DNA of 63,897 bases, filler included, from Chiloscyllium plagiosum (lineage: Eukaryota), in the NCBI RefSeq assembly GCF_004010195.1. It is 6 parts of one record of this genome, joined end to end, with 100 filler letters (N's around TTAATTAATTAA, not from the genome) between each part and the next. Parts side by side here need not be neighbours in the genome. Positions count along the whole stretch, not along the records: positions 47,269 to 54,403 come from NC_057712.1; positions 54,504 to 62,603 come from NC_057712.1; 4 more parts are not named here. One strand, written 5' to 3'. A program made the position numbers and the translations under genes. This document shows positions 50,020 through 62,197 of this stretch, one piece after another. The notes beneath the pieces are model-generated. The model had not been told where the DNA came from. It made no database searches and worked only from the letters and a program-made list of their open reading frames with translations. Position 1 is the stretch's first letter. Every line of letters starts with the position of its first letter.

Positions 50020-50940
50020 AACACAAAACATTCCTAGACTTGACAGTTGAACGTAAAGTTAACGGAGAGCTTCAAACCAGCGTCTACAGAAAAGCAACAA
50101 ACACAGACCAAATACTTAACTTCAGAAGCAATCATCTCAAACCCACAAACAGAGCTGCAAGTCATTATTTCAACGTGCTGCAGCACCCAAGAACTACGAA
50201 AAGGCAGAAGAAAAATATCTACACAATGTTTTCAAGAAAAACGGATACCCAATAAACACAATCCACCGATTTCTCAGAAACAAACCCAAACAAGAAGACA
50301 CAGCACAACCAAACACTATAGCACACCACCAAACACCTTACATCAAAGACATATCTAAAATTACTTCCAGACTACTCAGACCCCTTGGCATCATGGTAGT
50401 CACAAATCTTTCAACACACTTAAACAGCCACTAAAGAACCTAAAGGATCCATTAGACACTACCAGCAAAACTAACATCATTTACGAGATACCATGCAAGA
50501 ACTGTAAAAATAACGCTACATCGGACAAGCTAGCAGGAAACTTGCCACCAGGATACATGAACTCCAACTGGCCACCAAAAGACATGACCACTATCACTAG
50601 TTTCTATACATGAAGACAAAGAAGGACACCACTTTGACTGGGACAACACACACATCCTAGATCAGGCGAAACAAAGACACGCACGAGAATTCTTAAAGGC
50701 ATGGCATTCTAACCAGAACTCCATCAATAAACACATCATTTAAAATCCTATCTACCTTCCCTTGGAAAAAAAAGAACCGGAAATGACATCACCCTCCTCA
50801 AGAAACCAAGACCTATGAATAGAGAGGCAGGACATCCCACCAGCACTTCACCAGAGACTCTCACTGATGGTGTTACCTAATATGGTGACGAAAGGTCTGA
50901 AAGCAAACCTTCAAGCTCAGCGAGCTAACTTACATACAGA
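50020..50940 (+). mobile_element. Second Penelope-like lineage: RT C-terminus, GIY-YIG and pLTR
   Basis: FLDLTVER...TSVYRKATNTDQILNF.SNH, IYEIPCKNC, YIGQASRKLATRIHE...HHFDWDN..ILDQ...REFL.AWHS. Confidence 0.88.
50861..50900 (+). ncRNA. Decayed type I hammerhead motif of the second PLE lineage
   Basis: tca-CTGATGg-t-gttacc-taatat-ggtgac-GAAA-gg-TC-tga. Stem II and a short stem I can pair; core A9 is changed to G. Confidence 0.55.
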
Positions 50941-52373
50941 ACATAATCTGCTTGTATTTCTCCAGACATTTCTTTAACCTTAACAATTATAGTGTGCTGT
51001 TCACTTAGGGTTCTTGTCAGTCACGGTAGCAGTAGTGGTAGTGCCCTTCTCTCCAGAGTAGGAGTCCTGGGTTTGAATCCCACCCACTCTAGAGGTGAGT
51101 AATACCATCTTATGTTAGTTGATTAAAATAACTGGTGCATTTAGCAGTGTTCGTGTTTGTTTTGAGCTGACCCTCGGAGCATATACAGACATGATTGTTG
51201 TGTATTTGATTAATTAGACACTTGAATAAATTTATCATTTGTTATTGTCTGCTTTGACACTTTAATTACATTATTGGTTTGTTTTACATATATCTGTCAT
51301 CTACCTTTGGTCAGACGACTGATTGCTGCTGCTGATCCTCCTACTGTTCTTCCCTACACCTACAGAGCAAAGTTCCACATCTGCATGCATTTCCCCCCAG
51401 AAACATCAGTGGTGTTGGTGATGCCTCGAATACTGAATCAGTTCATGTCCATGCGTGCAAGATGTAGACAACATTCAGGCTTGGGTTGATAAGTGGAAAG
51501 TCACAATTCCTTTCTCATTTGTTGTTCATTTATTCATTTATGGCATGTAGATGTTGCTGTTTAGGTCAGAATTTATTGTCCTCAAACTACTCTTGAGAAA
51601 GTGGAAGTGCGTTACTTTCTTGAAATGCTGCAGTCTTTTTGGTGTAGGTACCCCATCGTGCTGTTTGGAAAGGATATGCATTTGTGGCACACAAATGTCA
51701 GGCAGTGATCACCTTCAACCAGATTCCATTCATTGGCAAACCCATCACTGAAGCTTCCACTATCAACATCCTGAGGGTTGCCATTGACCAGAAACTGAAT
51801 TGGAATAGCTCAATAAATACTGTGGCAACATGAGCACTTCAGAGGCTGAGAATTCTGTGATGAATAACTCGCCTCCTGAATCACTAAAGCCTCTCTAACA
51901 TCTACAAGGAGCTAGTCAGGAAAGTAATGGAATTCTCCCCACTTGCTTGGATGAGCGCAGCTCCAAGAACACTCAAGAGTCTGCCACCATCCAGGACAAA
52001 GCAATCTGCTTGATTGGCATCGCAACCACCACCTTTAACATACTGTCACTCCACCAACAATGCACTGTAGCATTGATAAGCATCATCTACAAGATACATT
52101 GCAGCAAATTGCCAAGGCTTCTTTGCAACCTCCAAACATGTGACCGTTACCATCTCAAAGGACAAGGGGAGCAACTGCAATGTAACACCATCATCTGAAA
52201 GACCCCTTCCAAGCCACAGACCATCTACACTTGGAATTATATTACTGCTTTCGCAGTATTGAGGACTTACTACCACCTTTTCAAGTATTAGGGCTGGGCA
52301 ACAAATACTGGCCCAGCCAATGGTGCCCATCTTCCATGGAAGCATAAAAGAAAATAAACAAGTAAATGCCTAT

Positions 52374-52955
52374 GGGCAGCACAGTGGCTCAGTGATTAGC
52401 ACTGCTGCCTCACAGCACCAGAGACTTGGGTTTGATTCTAGCCTCGGGCAACTAGTTGCGTGGAGTTTGCACATCCTCCCTGTCTCTGTGTGGGTTTCCT
52501 CCAGTTTCCTCCCACAGTCCAAAAAGATGTGGAGAAAGAGAGGGTTGGAGATCAGACTCGAGAGTGTGGAGCTGGAAAAGCACAGATGGTCAGGCAGCAT
52601 CTGAGGAGCAGGAGAATTGATGTTTTGGGCATAAACCCTTCATCAAGAATGATGCAGGTGGTGGCTCATTCCTGATGAAGGGCTTATGCCCGAACCGTCA
52701 ATTCTCCTGCTCCTCGGATGTTGCCTGATTGGCTATGCTTTTCCAGCCCCACACTTTCGACTCCAAAGAGATATGCAGGTTAGGTGGATTTGCCAGGCTA
52801 AATTGCCCTTAGTGTTCAGGGATGTGAAGGTTAGGTGCATGAGTCAGGGGTAATGTAGAGTAATAGGGGAATGGGTGTGGGAGGGTTACGCTTCGGTGGG
52901 TCAGTGTGGACTTGTTGGGCCAAATGGCCTTTTTCCAAACTGTAGGGATTCTATT
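52374..52955 (+). mobile_element. HE1-type V-SINE split by a palindromic PLE mini-insertion (52532-52761)
   Basis: The SINE stops at tccaaaaagatgtg (52518-52531) and resumes at tccaaagagatatg (52762-52775). The insert has inverted arms. Confidence 0.85.
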
Positions 52956-53034
52956 CCATAATGATATGTAAACAAGATTTCAATTGTCTGATTGATGCAA
53001 CTACACACTCAAATGGGAGATTTTTTTTAACAAA

Positions 53035-53425
53035 AACCTTGTATTCTTATGGCGCTTTTCACAATCTCAAGACATCTTGAAGAGATGTACAGCCAAGTGT
53101 GAACTTCTGAAGTGTAGCCTCTGTTGTAGGAAACAGAGCAGCCACAAGTCTTGCAGGAAGCTCCCAGAACCAACAATACGATGTGGACATTTTTCAGAAG
53201 TTGACTGAGGAATATCGTAAGTATTCGTACGAATAACTCTCCTGTTCTTTGAAATGGTGTTGTTCGGGATCTTCGCTGTCTGCCTGAGAGGAGAGGCAGA
53301 ATGTTTGAATGTCAAGCTGAAAGACAGCATCTCCAAGAGTGTGGAACTCCCTCAGTATTTCGTTGGGGGAGGGTTAGTCTTGATGTTTGTGTTGAAATCT
53401 GCATTGCGAATACACAACTACTTGA
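53035..53425 (-). mobile_element. Degraded DeuSINE (AmnSINE1/SacSINE1-like)
   Basis: aactctcctgttctttgaaat...gggatctt...cctgagagg...gaaagacagcatctcc...actccctcagta resembles the recalled reverse complement of the Deu domain. Confidence 0.6.
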
Positions 53426-54923
53426 CACGGATTTGTCATCCTCCTAGATTTCTGCATTAATAGTCAAGGAAGCTGTTCCCTTGGCAACCACTAATCGGTT
53501 GCCTATGTGATGCAAATCAACAGTAAGTGTGGCTGAAGGACTGTGTTCAATTCTGCAATGGCTTCCTTGGGGAATTCATTGTCTCCACATGCATTTTCAG
53601 ATATGAATATCATTGATGCAAAACATCATGAAGAGATCTGAATCTATGTTTCCAATTTACTTGCGCAGCTTTCAATAATAACCAAACTCTGCAGAAAACT
53701 TCTCATTATTAATAAAATAAATTTGAGTTTCAACCCATAACCTTCTGGTCGAGAGACAAGCTTCCAAGTTAGCTTAGCTCAAGCTTATGCTTCAGACTCA
53801 TTTTCAGGATATTTTGGGCACTCAGCCCTGTTTAAGGAACCATGTGAAAAACCTTTGAAATACCTGTTTGAAACTGGGAAAATTATAGCAAAATAGTACA
53901 GAGGCTGGAAATCTGAACTGCTGGAAGAACTCAACAGGCCAGGCAGTAATCTGATGGGAGAATCAGAGTTAATGTTTCAAGTTGATGACATCTTTTCCAT
54001 ATGAAAGGCCATTGAGTTGAATTTCGTGTGTGTGTGTGTGTATGTGTATGTCTCTGTCTCTCTACAGATCCGGCTGAATACTTTCAGCATTTTCTACTTC
54101 TTTCAAGTCAGTTGGGTTATTGTCTCCCCACCTTCTTACTGTGAACTTCAATCCTTCAACCCATTAATCTTGTGCACAACAATCTCAGCCTTGAAGTCAT
54201 AGAGTCATAGAGATGTACAGCATGAAACAGACCCTTCAGTCCAACTCATCCATGCCGACCAGATATTCCAACCCAATTTAATCCCACCTGCCAGCCCATA
54301 TCCCTCCAAACCCTTTCTATTCATATACCCATCCAAATGCCTCTTAAGTATTGCAATTGTACCAGCCTCCACCACTTCCTCTGGCAGCTCATTCCATACA
54401 CGTNNNNNNNNNNNNNNNNNNNNNNNNNNNNNNNNNNNNNNNNNNNNTTAATTAATTAANNNNNNNNNNNNNNNNNNNNNNNNNNNNNNNNNNNNNNNNN
54501 NNNCTTTGGAATTTTGTTGATAGTGGGACAGAGAGGGGCGGGGCAGGGATAGGGTTAAGCTTACACACGTCAGGAAAGGGAGCAATGAGAGAAACAAAGG
54601 GCTGAATTCGTGAGGTGCGCCATGAACAGCTCCAATTTCTAAAGCCTTACAGTATCCCAACCTACTCACGTCTGTCCCTTTACTCCCTGATCCAATTTCT
54701 CAGCCTCTGTCACATTGACAGCCAGTTCAAAGGACAAAGATGTTCAGACGACACATTCCCATCATTCTCAATAACTAACACAAACATCAGGGTCTCCCAA
54801 ATGCACAGACGCCTCTGTCAACACTGCAATGATTTATCACAATATTTTTTTTCCTAATCGACTCACACCAAAGATATACACAAACAGTGACGCGATAAAT
54901 TAAAAAATAAGAAAACCAAGTCA

Positions 54924-57461
54924 GAAATAGGAAGGGTGCAGTCACCTTGTTGGGTGTTTACTCTCGGCCCCCCAATAGCAGCAGAGATGTGGAGAAACAG
55001 ATTGGGGAACAGATTTTGGAAAGGTGCAGAAGCCACAGGGTCGTAGTCATGGGCGACTTCAACTTCCCAAATATTGATTGGAAGCTCTTTAGATCAAGTA
55101 GATTGGATGGTGCGGTGTTTGTGCAGTGTGTCCAGGAAGCTTTTCTAACTCAGTATGTAGATTGTCCGACCAGAGGGGAGGCCATTTTGGATTTGGTACT
55201 CGGTAATGAACCGGGACAAGTGGTGGGCTTGTTAGTGGGTGAACATTTTGGTGATGGTGACCACAATTCTGTGACTTTCACCTTGGTTATGGAGAGAGAT
55301 AGGTGCGCACAACAAGGTAGATTTTATAATTGGGGGAAGGGAAATTACGATGCTGTAAGGCAGGATTTGAGGAGCATACGTTGGGAGCATAGGCTGTCAG
55401 GGAAGGATGTGGTGGAAATGTGGAACTTTTTCAAAGAGCAGATACTACGTGTCCATGATATGTATGTACCTATCAGGCAGGAAAGAAATGGTCGTGTGAG
55501 GGAGCCTTGGTTGACGGGAGAGGTTGAATGTCTGGTAAAGAGGAAGGAGGAGGCTTACATAAGGTTGAGGAAACAGAATTCGGACAGAGCAGTGGAGGGA
55601 TACAGGATAGCCAGAAGGGACCTGAAGAAAGGGATTAGGAGAGCTAAGAGAGGGCATGAAAAATCGTTGGTGGATAGGATCAAGGATAACCCCAAGGCAT
55701 TTTATGCGTATGTGATAAACCTGAGAATGACGAGAACGAGGGTAGGTCCGATCAAGGACAGTAGTGGGAGACTGTGTATTGTGTCGGAAGAGATAGGAGA
55801 GGTCTTGAACAAGTACTTCTCTTCAGTATTTACGAACGAGAGGGACCGTATTGTAGAAGAGGAGAGTGTGAAATGGACTGGTAAGCTAGAAGAGATACCT
55901 GTTAGGAAGGAAGATGTGTTGGACATTTTGAACAACTTGAGGATAGACAAGTGCCCCGGGCCTGACGGGATATATCCTAGGATTATGTGGGAGGCAAGAG
56001 AGGAAATTGCAGTACCGTTGGCAATGATCTTCTCGTCTTCACTGGCAACGGGGGTGGTACCAGGGGACTGGAGAGTAGCGAATGTTGTGCCCCTGTTCAA
56101 AAAAGGGAATAGGGATAACCCCGGGAATTACAGGCCTGTTAGTCTTACTTCTGTGGTAGGCAAAGTAATGGAAAGGGTACTGAGGGATAGGATTTATGAG
56201 TATCTGGAAAGTCACTGCTTGATTAGGGACAGCCAGCACGGATTTGTGAAGGTCTTGCCTTTCAAGTCTTATTGAATTCTTCGAGGAGGTGACCAAGCAT
56301 GTGGCTGAGGGTAGAGCAGTGGATGTAGTGTACATGGATTTTAGTAAGGCATTTGATAAGGTTCCCCATGGTAGGCTTATGCGGAAAGTCAGGAGGCATG
56401 GGATAGAGGGAAATTTGGCCAATTGGATAGAAAACTGGCTAACCGGTCGAAGGCAGAGAGTGGTGGTAGATGGTAAATATTCAGCCTGGAGCCCAGTTAC
56501 AAGTGGAGTTCCGCAGGGATCAGTTCTGGGTCCTCTGCTGTTTGTAATTTTTATTAATGACTTAGATGAGGGAGTCGAAGGGTGGGTCAGTAAATTTGCA
56601 GATGATACGAAGATAGGTGGAGTTGTGGACAGTGAGGAGGGCTGTTGTCGGCTGCAGAGGGACTTAGATATGATGCAGAGCTGGGCTGAGGAGTGGCAGA
56701 TGGAGTTCAACCCTGCCAAGTGTGAGGTTGTCCATTTTGGAAGAACAAATAAGAATGTGGAATACAGGGTTAATGGTAGGGTTCTTAGTCAGGTGGAGGA
56801 ACAGAGGGATCTTGGGGTCTATGTACATAGATCTTTGAAGGTTGCCACTCAGGTGGATAGAGTTTGTAAGAAGGTCTATGGAGTATTATCGTTCATTAGC
56901 AGAGGGATTGAATTCAAGAGTCGTGAAGTGATTTTGCAACTGTACAGGACTTTGGTTAGGCACATTTGGAGTACTGTGTGCAGTTCTGGTCGCCTCGCTT
57001 TAGGAAAGATGTGGAAGCTTTGGAGAGGGTGCAGAGAAGATTTACCAGGATGTTGTCTGGAATGGAGAATAGGTCGTACGAGGATAGGTTGAGAGTTCTC
57101 GGTCTTTTCTCGTTGGAACGGCGAAGGATGAGGGGTGACTTGATAGAGGTTTTTAAGATGATCAGAGGAATAGATAGAGTAGACAGTCAGAGACTTTTTC
57201 CCCGGGTACAACAGTGTTACAAGGAGACATAAATTTCAGGTGAAGGGTGGAAGGTATAGGGGAGATGTCCCAGAGTGGTGGGGGCATGGAATGCGCTGCC
57301 TGTGGGAGTGGCAGAGTCAGAATCATTGGCGAACTTTAAGTGGCAATTGGATAGGTACATGGATGGGTGCTTAAGCTAGGACAAATGTTTCGGCACAACA
57401 TCCTGGGCCGAAGGGCCTGTTCTGTGCTGTATTGTTCTATGTTCTATTGTTCTATGTTCTA
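54924..57461 (+). mobile_element. Young 5'-truncated CR1 LINE: endonuclease C-half, RT and 3' tail
   Basis: ORFs 54947..56275 (GVYSRPP, VMGDFNFP, LDLVL, GDHN), 56289..57092 (RT, FADD) and 56966..57232, separated only by small indels. The ttctatgttcta tail is at 57430-57461. Confidence 0.95.
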
Positions 57462-58443
57462 TCTATCCCGGGTCTGAGAGATCATAGGTTGTATTTTTAA
57501 TTTAACCAAGTGGTCCTTTACTGAAACGTAAGCCTGTAAGCTGGTAACTCTGCAGATTTGCTTTTAACAATAAAAGAAAATCTTATTCTGTCAAGGAAAT
57601 AAAGATAAAATAGAACAATGAGAGGTACCTACATATAACACAATAAAATGTTTCCAAAATACATTGTACAATGAAATTCCATCTACCTCGATATCACTGT
57701 GTTCAAGTATCAGAATTCTGTTTAATGTATCTGTTTCTCTTAATCCCTTGTCTTGAGAGTTTGACAGTTTTTTTCCCTCGATTAAACATACAACTGAGCT
57801 TAAATTTTCTTAGTTTCAAATCGGCCAATCAGGTTTCCAACCAAACACCTTTGGTTTGGATTTTTTTCAAACTGGCACCCTCGCACTGAGGGAACCTATT
57901 TCCTAACTGTTATGGACTAACTTTTTTTCTCCTGAATTATCTGTTTTAAATTTGCTACCCATATCCTAAATCTATGACATCTCATTCTAGATTGCCTCAC
58001 ATAAGGAAACATCGTCTCTACGTCTACTTTGTCAATCTCCTTTAACATCTCAAGTACCTCAATTAGATTTACTCGTCTTCTTCTACACTCCAGAGAATAT
58101 CTTTCTACACTGCCCAATCTCTCTCCATAAGACAAACCTCTCATCTCTGGAATCAACCCAGTGAACCTTCACTGAACTACCTATAATGCAATTACATTCC
58201 ACTCAAATTAAGGGACCAAGAAGGATGGGTGAATATTTAGCAGTTTTATTTCATGTCTTCAGTGATTAATGGAAATTGTTACTAGCATTTTCCACAACAA
58301 AGTCAATGGGTTGCTTCTCTCCAATGTTGGTAAACTGTTACAAATCTAAATTAGAAATGTCTCGATGGATGAAAAATCCTGCTATTACACTCTGTGTGAG
58401 CTCATGTGAATTATCTGTTAATAATCTTTGCAAGGCTTTCACC

Positions 58444-60350
58444 ATAGAACATAGAACATTACTGCGTAATGTAGGTCCTTTGGTCTTTGATGTTGCGCCG
58501 ACCTGAGAAATCAATCTGAAGCCCATCCAACCTAAAATATCATCCATATGCCTATCCAATGACCATTTAAATGCCCTTAACATTGGCAGTTCTACTACTG
58601 TTGCAGGCAGGGCATTCCTCATGCCTACTACTCTCTGAGTAAAGAATGTACCTCTGTCTGATATCTATCACCCCTCAAGTTAAAGCCATGTCTCCTCATG
58701 CTAGCCATCACCATCTGAGGAAAAAGGCTCTCACTGTCCACCCTATCTAACCCTCTGATCATCTTATATGTCTCAATTAAACATAGAACATAGAAAAGTA
58801 CAGCACAAAACAGGCCCTTCGGCTCACGATGTTGTGCCGAGGATTATTCTAATCTAAAATAAAATAACCTAATCTAACCTACGCACCTCTCAATTCACTG
58901 CTGTCCATGTGCATGTCCAGCAGTCACTTAAATTTCCCCAATGACTCTGCCTCCACCACCACAGCTGGCAACACACTCCGTGCCTTCACAACTCTCTGCA
59001 TAGAGAAACTACCTCTGATGCCTCCTGTATACCTTCTTCCTAATATCTTAAAATGATGACCCCTCATGCCAGTCAGTCCTACCCTCCGGAAATGTCTCTG
59101 GCTATTGATTCTGTCCATGCTTTCCATTACCTTGTATACTTCGATCAGGTCACCTCTCTTCCTCCTTCTCTCTAAAGAGAAAAGTCTGAAATTTGTCACC
59201 CTCTCTTCATAAGACAAGCCTTTGAGTCCAGGCAGCATCTTGGTAAACCTTCTTTGCACCCTCTCCAAAGCCTCTGTATCCTTCCTATAATAGGGTGACC
59301 AGAACTGGACACAATATTCCAAACGTGGTCTCACCAGGGGTTTGTCGAGCTGCAGCAAAACCTCGCGGCTCTTAAACTCGATCCCCCTGTTAATGAAAGC
59401 CAAAATACCATATGCCTTCTTAACAACCCGATCCACTTGGGTACCAACTTTGAGGGATCTATGCACTTGAACACCAAGATCCCGTTGTTCTTCAACACAC
59501 TGCTAAGGATCCTGTCTTTAATCCTATATCCAGCATTCAAGTTCGACTTTCCTAAATGCATCACTTCGCATTTATCCAGGTTGAACTCCATCTGCCTTTT
59601 TTCAGCCCAGCTCTGCATCCTGTCTATGTCACGCAGCAGCGTGCAATATCCCTCGATACTATCAATGGCACCTCCAACCTTTGTGTCATCTGCAAATTTA
59701 CTAACCCACCCCTCAACCTCCTCATCCAAGTCATTTATAAAAAACTACAAAGAGCAGAGGCCCAAGAACAGAGCCCTGCAGAACACCACTCACCACTGAC
59801 CTCCAGGCAAAATACTTTCCATCTACAATCACTCTTTGCCTTCTGTCAGCCAACCAATTCTGAATCCAGACAGCCAAATCTCCCTTTATCCCGTACCTCC
59901 TGACTTTATGAATAAGCCTACCATGGGGAACCTAATCAAATGCCTTGAAGTCCACATACACAACATCCGCTGCTCGACCTTCATTGACTTGTCTTGTTAC
60001 CTCCTGAAAGAACTCAATAAGATTTGTGAGGCATGACCTGCCCCTCAAAAAGCCATGCTGACTGCCATTAATCATGCAATGCTTTTCCAAATAGTCATAA
60101 ATCCTATCCCTCAGAATTCTTTCCAAAACCTTGCTGACCACAGATGTAAGACTGTCTGGTCTGTAATTGCCAGGGATTTCCCTATTCCCCTTCTTGAAAA
60201 GAACAACAACATTCACCTCCCTCCAATCCTCCAGTATGACTCCCGTGGAGAGTGAGGAAGCAAAGCAAGCAAATGTACCTTAGTCAGCGCTCAACCTTCT
60301 TCTCTCTAACGAAAACAGCCTCAGATCCCTCAGCCTCTCCTTATAAGACA
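58444..60350 (-). mobile_element. CR1 3' end (58444-58780, resuming at about 60280-60350) with a second CR1 (58781-60266) nested inside
   Basis: Two separate tagaac tails at 58444 and 58781. RT and C-terminal ORFs 58924..59466, 59331..59729 and 59932..60216. Confidence 0.9.
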
Positions 60351-60480
60351 ATGACACAGTCCACACAGAAGGGGAGATGAAGTTTAGTAGCATTATTGCT
60401 GGCCTATTAATCCAGAGAGCTGAAAATGTGTTGTTGGAAATGCGCACTAGGTCAGGCAGCATCCAAGGAGCAGGAGAATT

Positions 60481-60508
60481 GACGTTTCGGGCATGAGCCC
60501 TTCTTCAG
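60481..60508 (-). ncRNA. Minimal hammerhead ribozyme core (antisense twin)
   Basis: The reverse complement is identical to 60521-60548. Confidence 0.7.
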
Positions 60509-60520
60509 GAAGCCCTTCTC

Positions 60521-60548
60521 CTGAAGAAGGGCTCATGCCCGAAACGTC
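60521..60548 (+). ncRNA. Minimal hammerhead ribozyme core
   Basis: CTGAAGA-A-GGGC-tcat-GCCC-GAAA-CG-TC. Confidence 0.7.
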
Positions 60549-62005
60549 GATTCTCCTGCTCCTTTGGATGCTGCCTGACCTGCTGCGCTTTTCCAGCAAC
60601 ACATTTTCAGCTCTGATCTCCAGCATCTGCAGTCCTCACTTTCTCCTATTAATCCAGAGACCCAAGTAATGTTCTGGGGATCTGGGGTTCGAATCCTACT
60701 ATGGCAGATGGCGGAATTTGAATTCATTAAAATCTGGAATTAAGAGTCTAGTGATGACCATTGTCAATTGAAGGTGAAAAACCCTTTTCTTGAGGGAAGA
60801 AAACTGCCATCCTTACTTGGTCTGGATTACATGTGACTCCAGATCCACAGCAATGTGGCTGATTTTTAACTGCCCTCTGGGATGAGCAATAATGATACCC
60901 TCATTCCTGTGAGTGAATGAAAGAAACAGGGCAATTTGGCAAAGCTATTCCAATTATGCTTTCTTTAGGGTTTCCTCATCGGTTTATCTAGACTTTTCCT
61001 TAAGCCTCAAATACTCCATCTGGGCATGAGTTCTGTATTTCCACAGTGTGGGAATGTTTCTTTTGAATTTATACAAACATGGAGCAGGAGTAGGCAATTG
61101 AACACCCCCGAGACTGCTCTGTTCTATTTAATTTCTTAATCATCTTACACTGATTTTGCTTTTAGATGTAACAAGCAGGGTGAATAATGGGAACAAATGG
61201 GATGTGGTGCATTTGGGTTTCCAAAGTTGTGTTGATAAGGTGTCACATAGCACATGGTCATAGGCGTAAGATATAATTTTGTACGGAAGATTAGATAACT
61301 AGTGGGAAACTGAGCATCAGGATAAATGGGTAAGCAAAACTAATGGATTGTCACAGTGATGTGTTCTTGGACCTCAACCATTTACAATCCATATCATTAG
61401 AACGAAGGGAGTAAGCATACTGTCGGTAGACAACTTATAAAGGGGAGAAAAAGGTCTTGCTAAAGGATAAAGACAAATCGAGTGAATGCGGCAAAAATGG
61501 CAAATGGAGGATAACATGGGGAAATGGACAGCTGTCCACTCTTAGTTAAATGGAGAAAGAATACCACAAAATATTGCATAGCAGTGGGATCTGGGTATCC
61601 TCATACAAGCGATACAAAACCTTATCATGCATTTACAACAAGTGATTTAGGAAGCAAATAGAAAATTAATGTTTACAGCCAGAGGGATGGAATACTAAAT
61701 TGCGAAAGGGTGTTATCAATGTATAGGTGTTGCTGACAGTGACCGTTCTGTTTATTGTTTTAGTCTCCTTATTTAAGGATGGATTATAGCTGCATTGAAG
61801 ACAATTCAGAGAAGATTCAATGGATTGGTGTCTGGGATGAAGGTTGAACAAGTTGGGCCCATATTCATTAGCGTTTCGAAGCATGAGTGGTGTTCTCATT
61901 GAATCAATACGTTCCTGAGGAGTTTTGACAGGGCAGATGTTGAGAGATGTTTCCTGTTCTGGGGAATTTGGAGTGGAGGGGCACAATTTTAAAATAAGGA
62001 GTTTC

Positions 62006-62197
62006 CATTTCATTTGGAATTGAAGAGGAATTTTGACATTCAGAAAGCAATTATTCTTTGGAGTTCTATACCCCAGGTAAAAACAATGACTGCAGATGCT
62101 GCATTTCATTTGGAATTGAAGAGGAATTTTGACATTCAGAAAGCAATTATTCTTTGGAGTTCTATACCCCAGGTAAAAACAATGACTGCAGATGCTG
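62006..62197. repeat. Exact 96-bp tandem duplication spanning a CR1/PLE junction
   Basis: 62006-62101 equals 62102-62197. Confidence 0.92.

Larger units (their letters stand above)
60419..60644. mobile_element. Palindromic PLE-terminus mini-insertion with hammerhead cores on both strands, 16-bp TSD, inside a SINE (about 60375-60920)
   Basis: cctattaatccagaga at 60403-60418 and 60645-60660; arms about 60415-60510 and 60519-60614. Confidence 0.9.

Noticed and set aside
51305..51359. Possible minus-strand exon (ctgtag|GTGTAGGG...CAAAG|gtag) with the phase expected for the missing upstream RMDN2 exon
   Set aside because: The translation (VGKNSRRISSSNQSSDQ) has no resemblance to the expected exon and would replace the conserved Trp with Arg.
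54947..57232. Longest ORFs as a host or domesticated gene
   Set aside because: Standard CR1 ORF2 with frameshifts, a 3' tail and many paralogous fragments in the same window.
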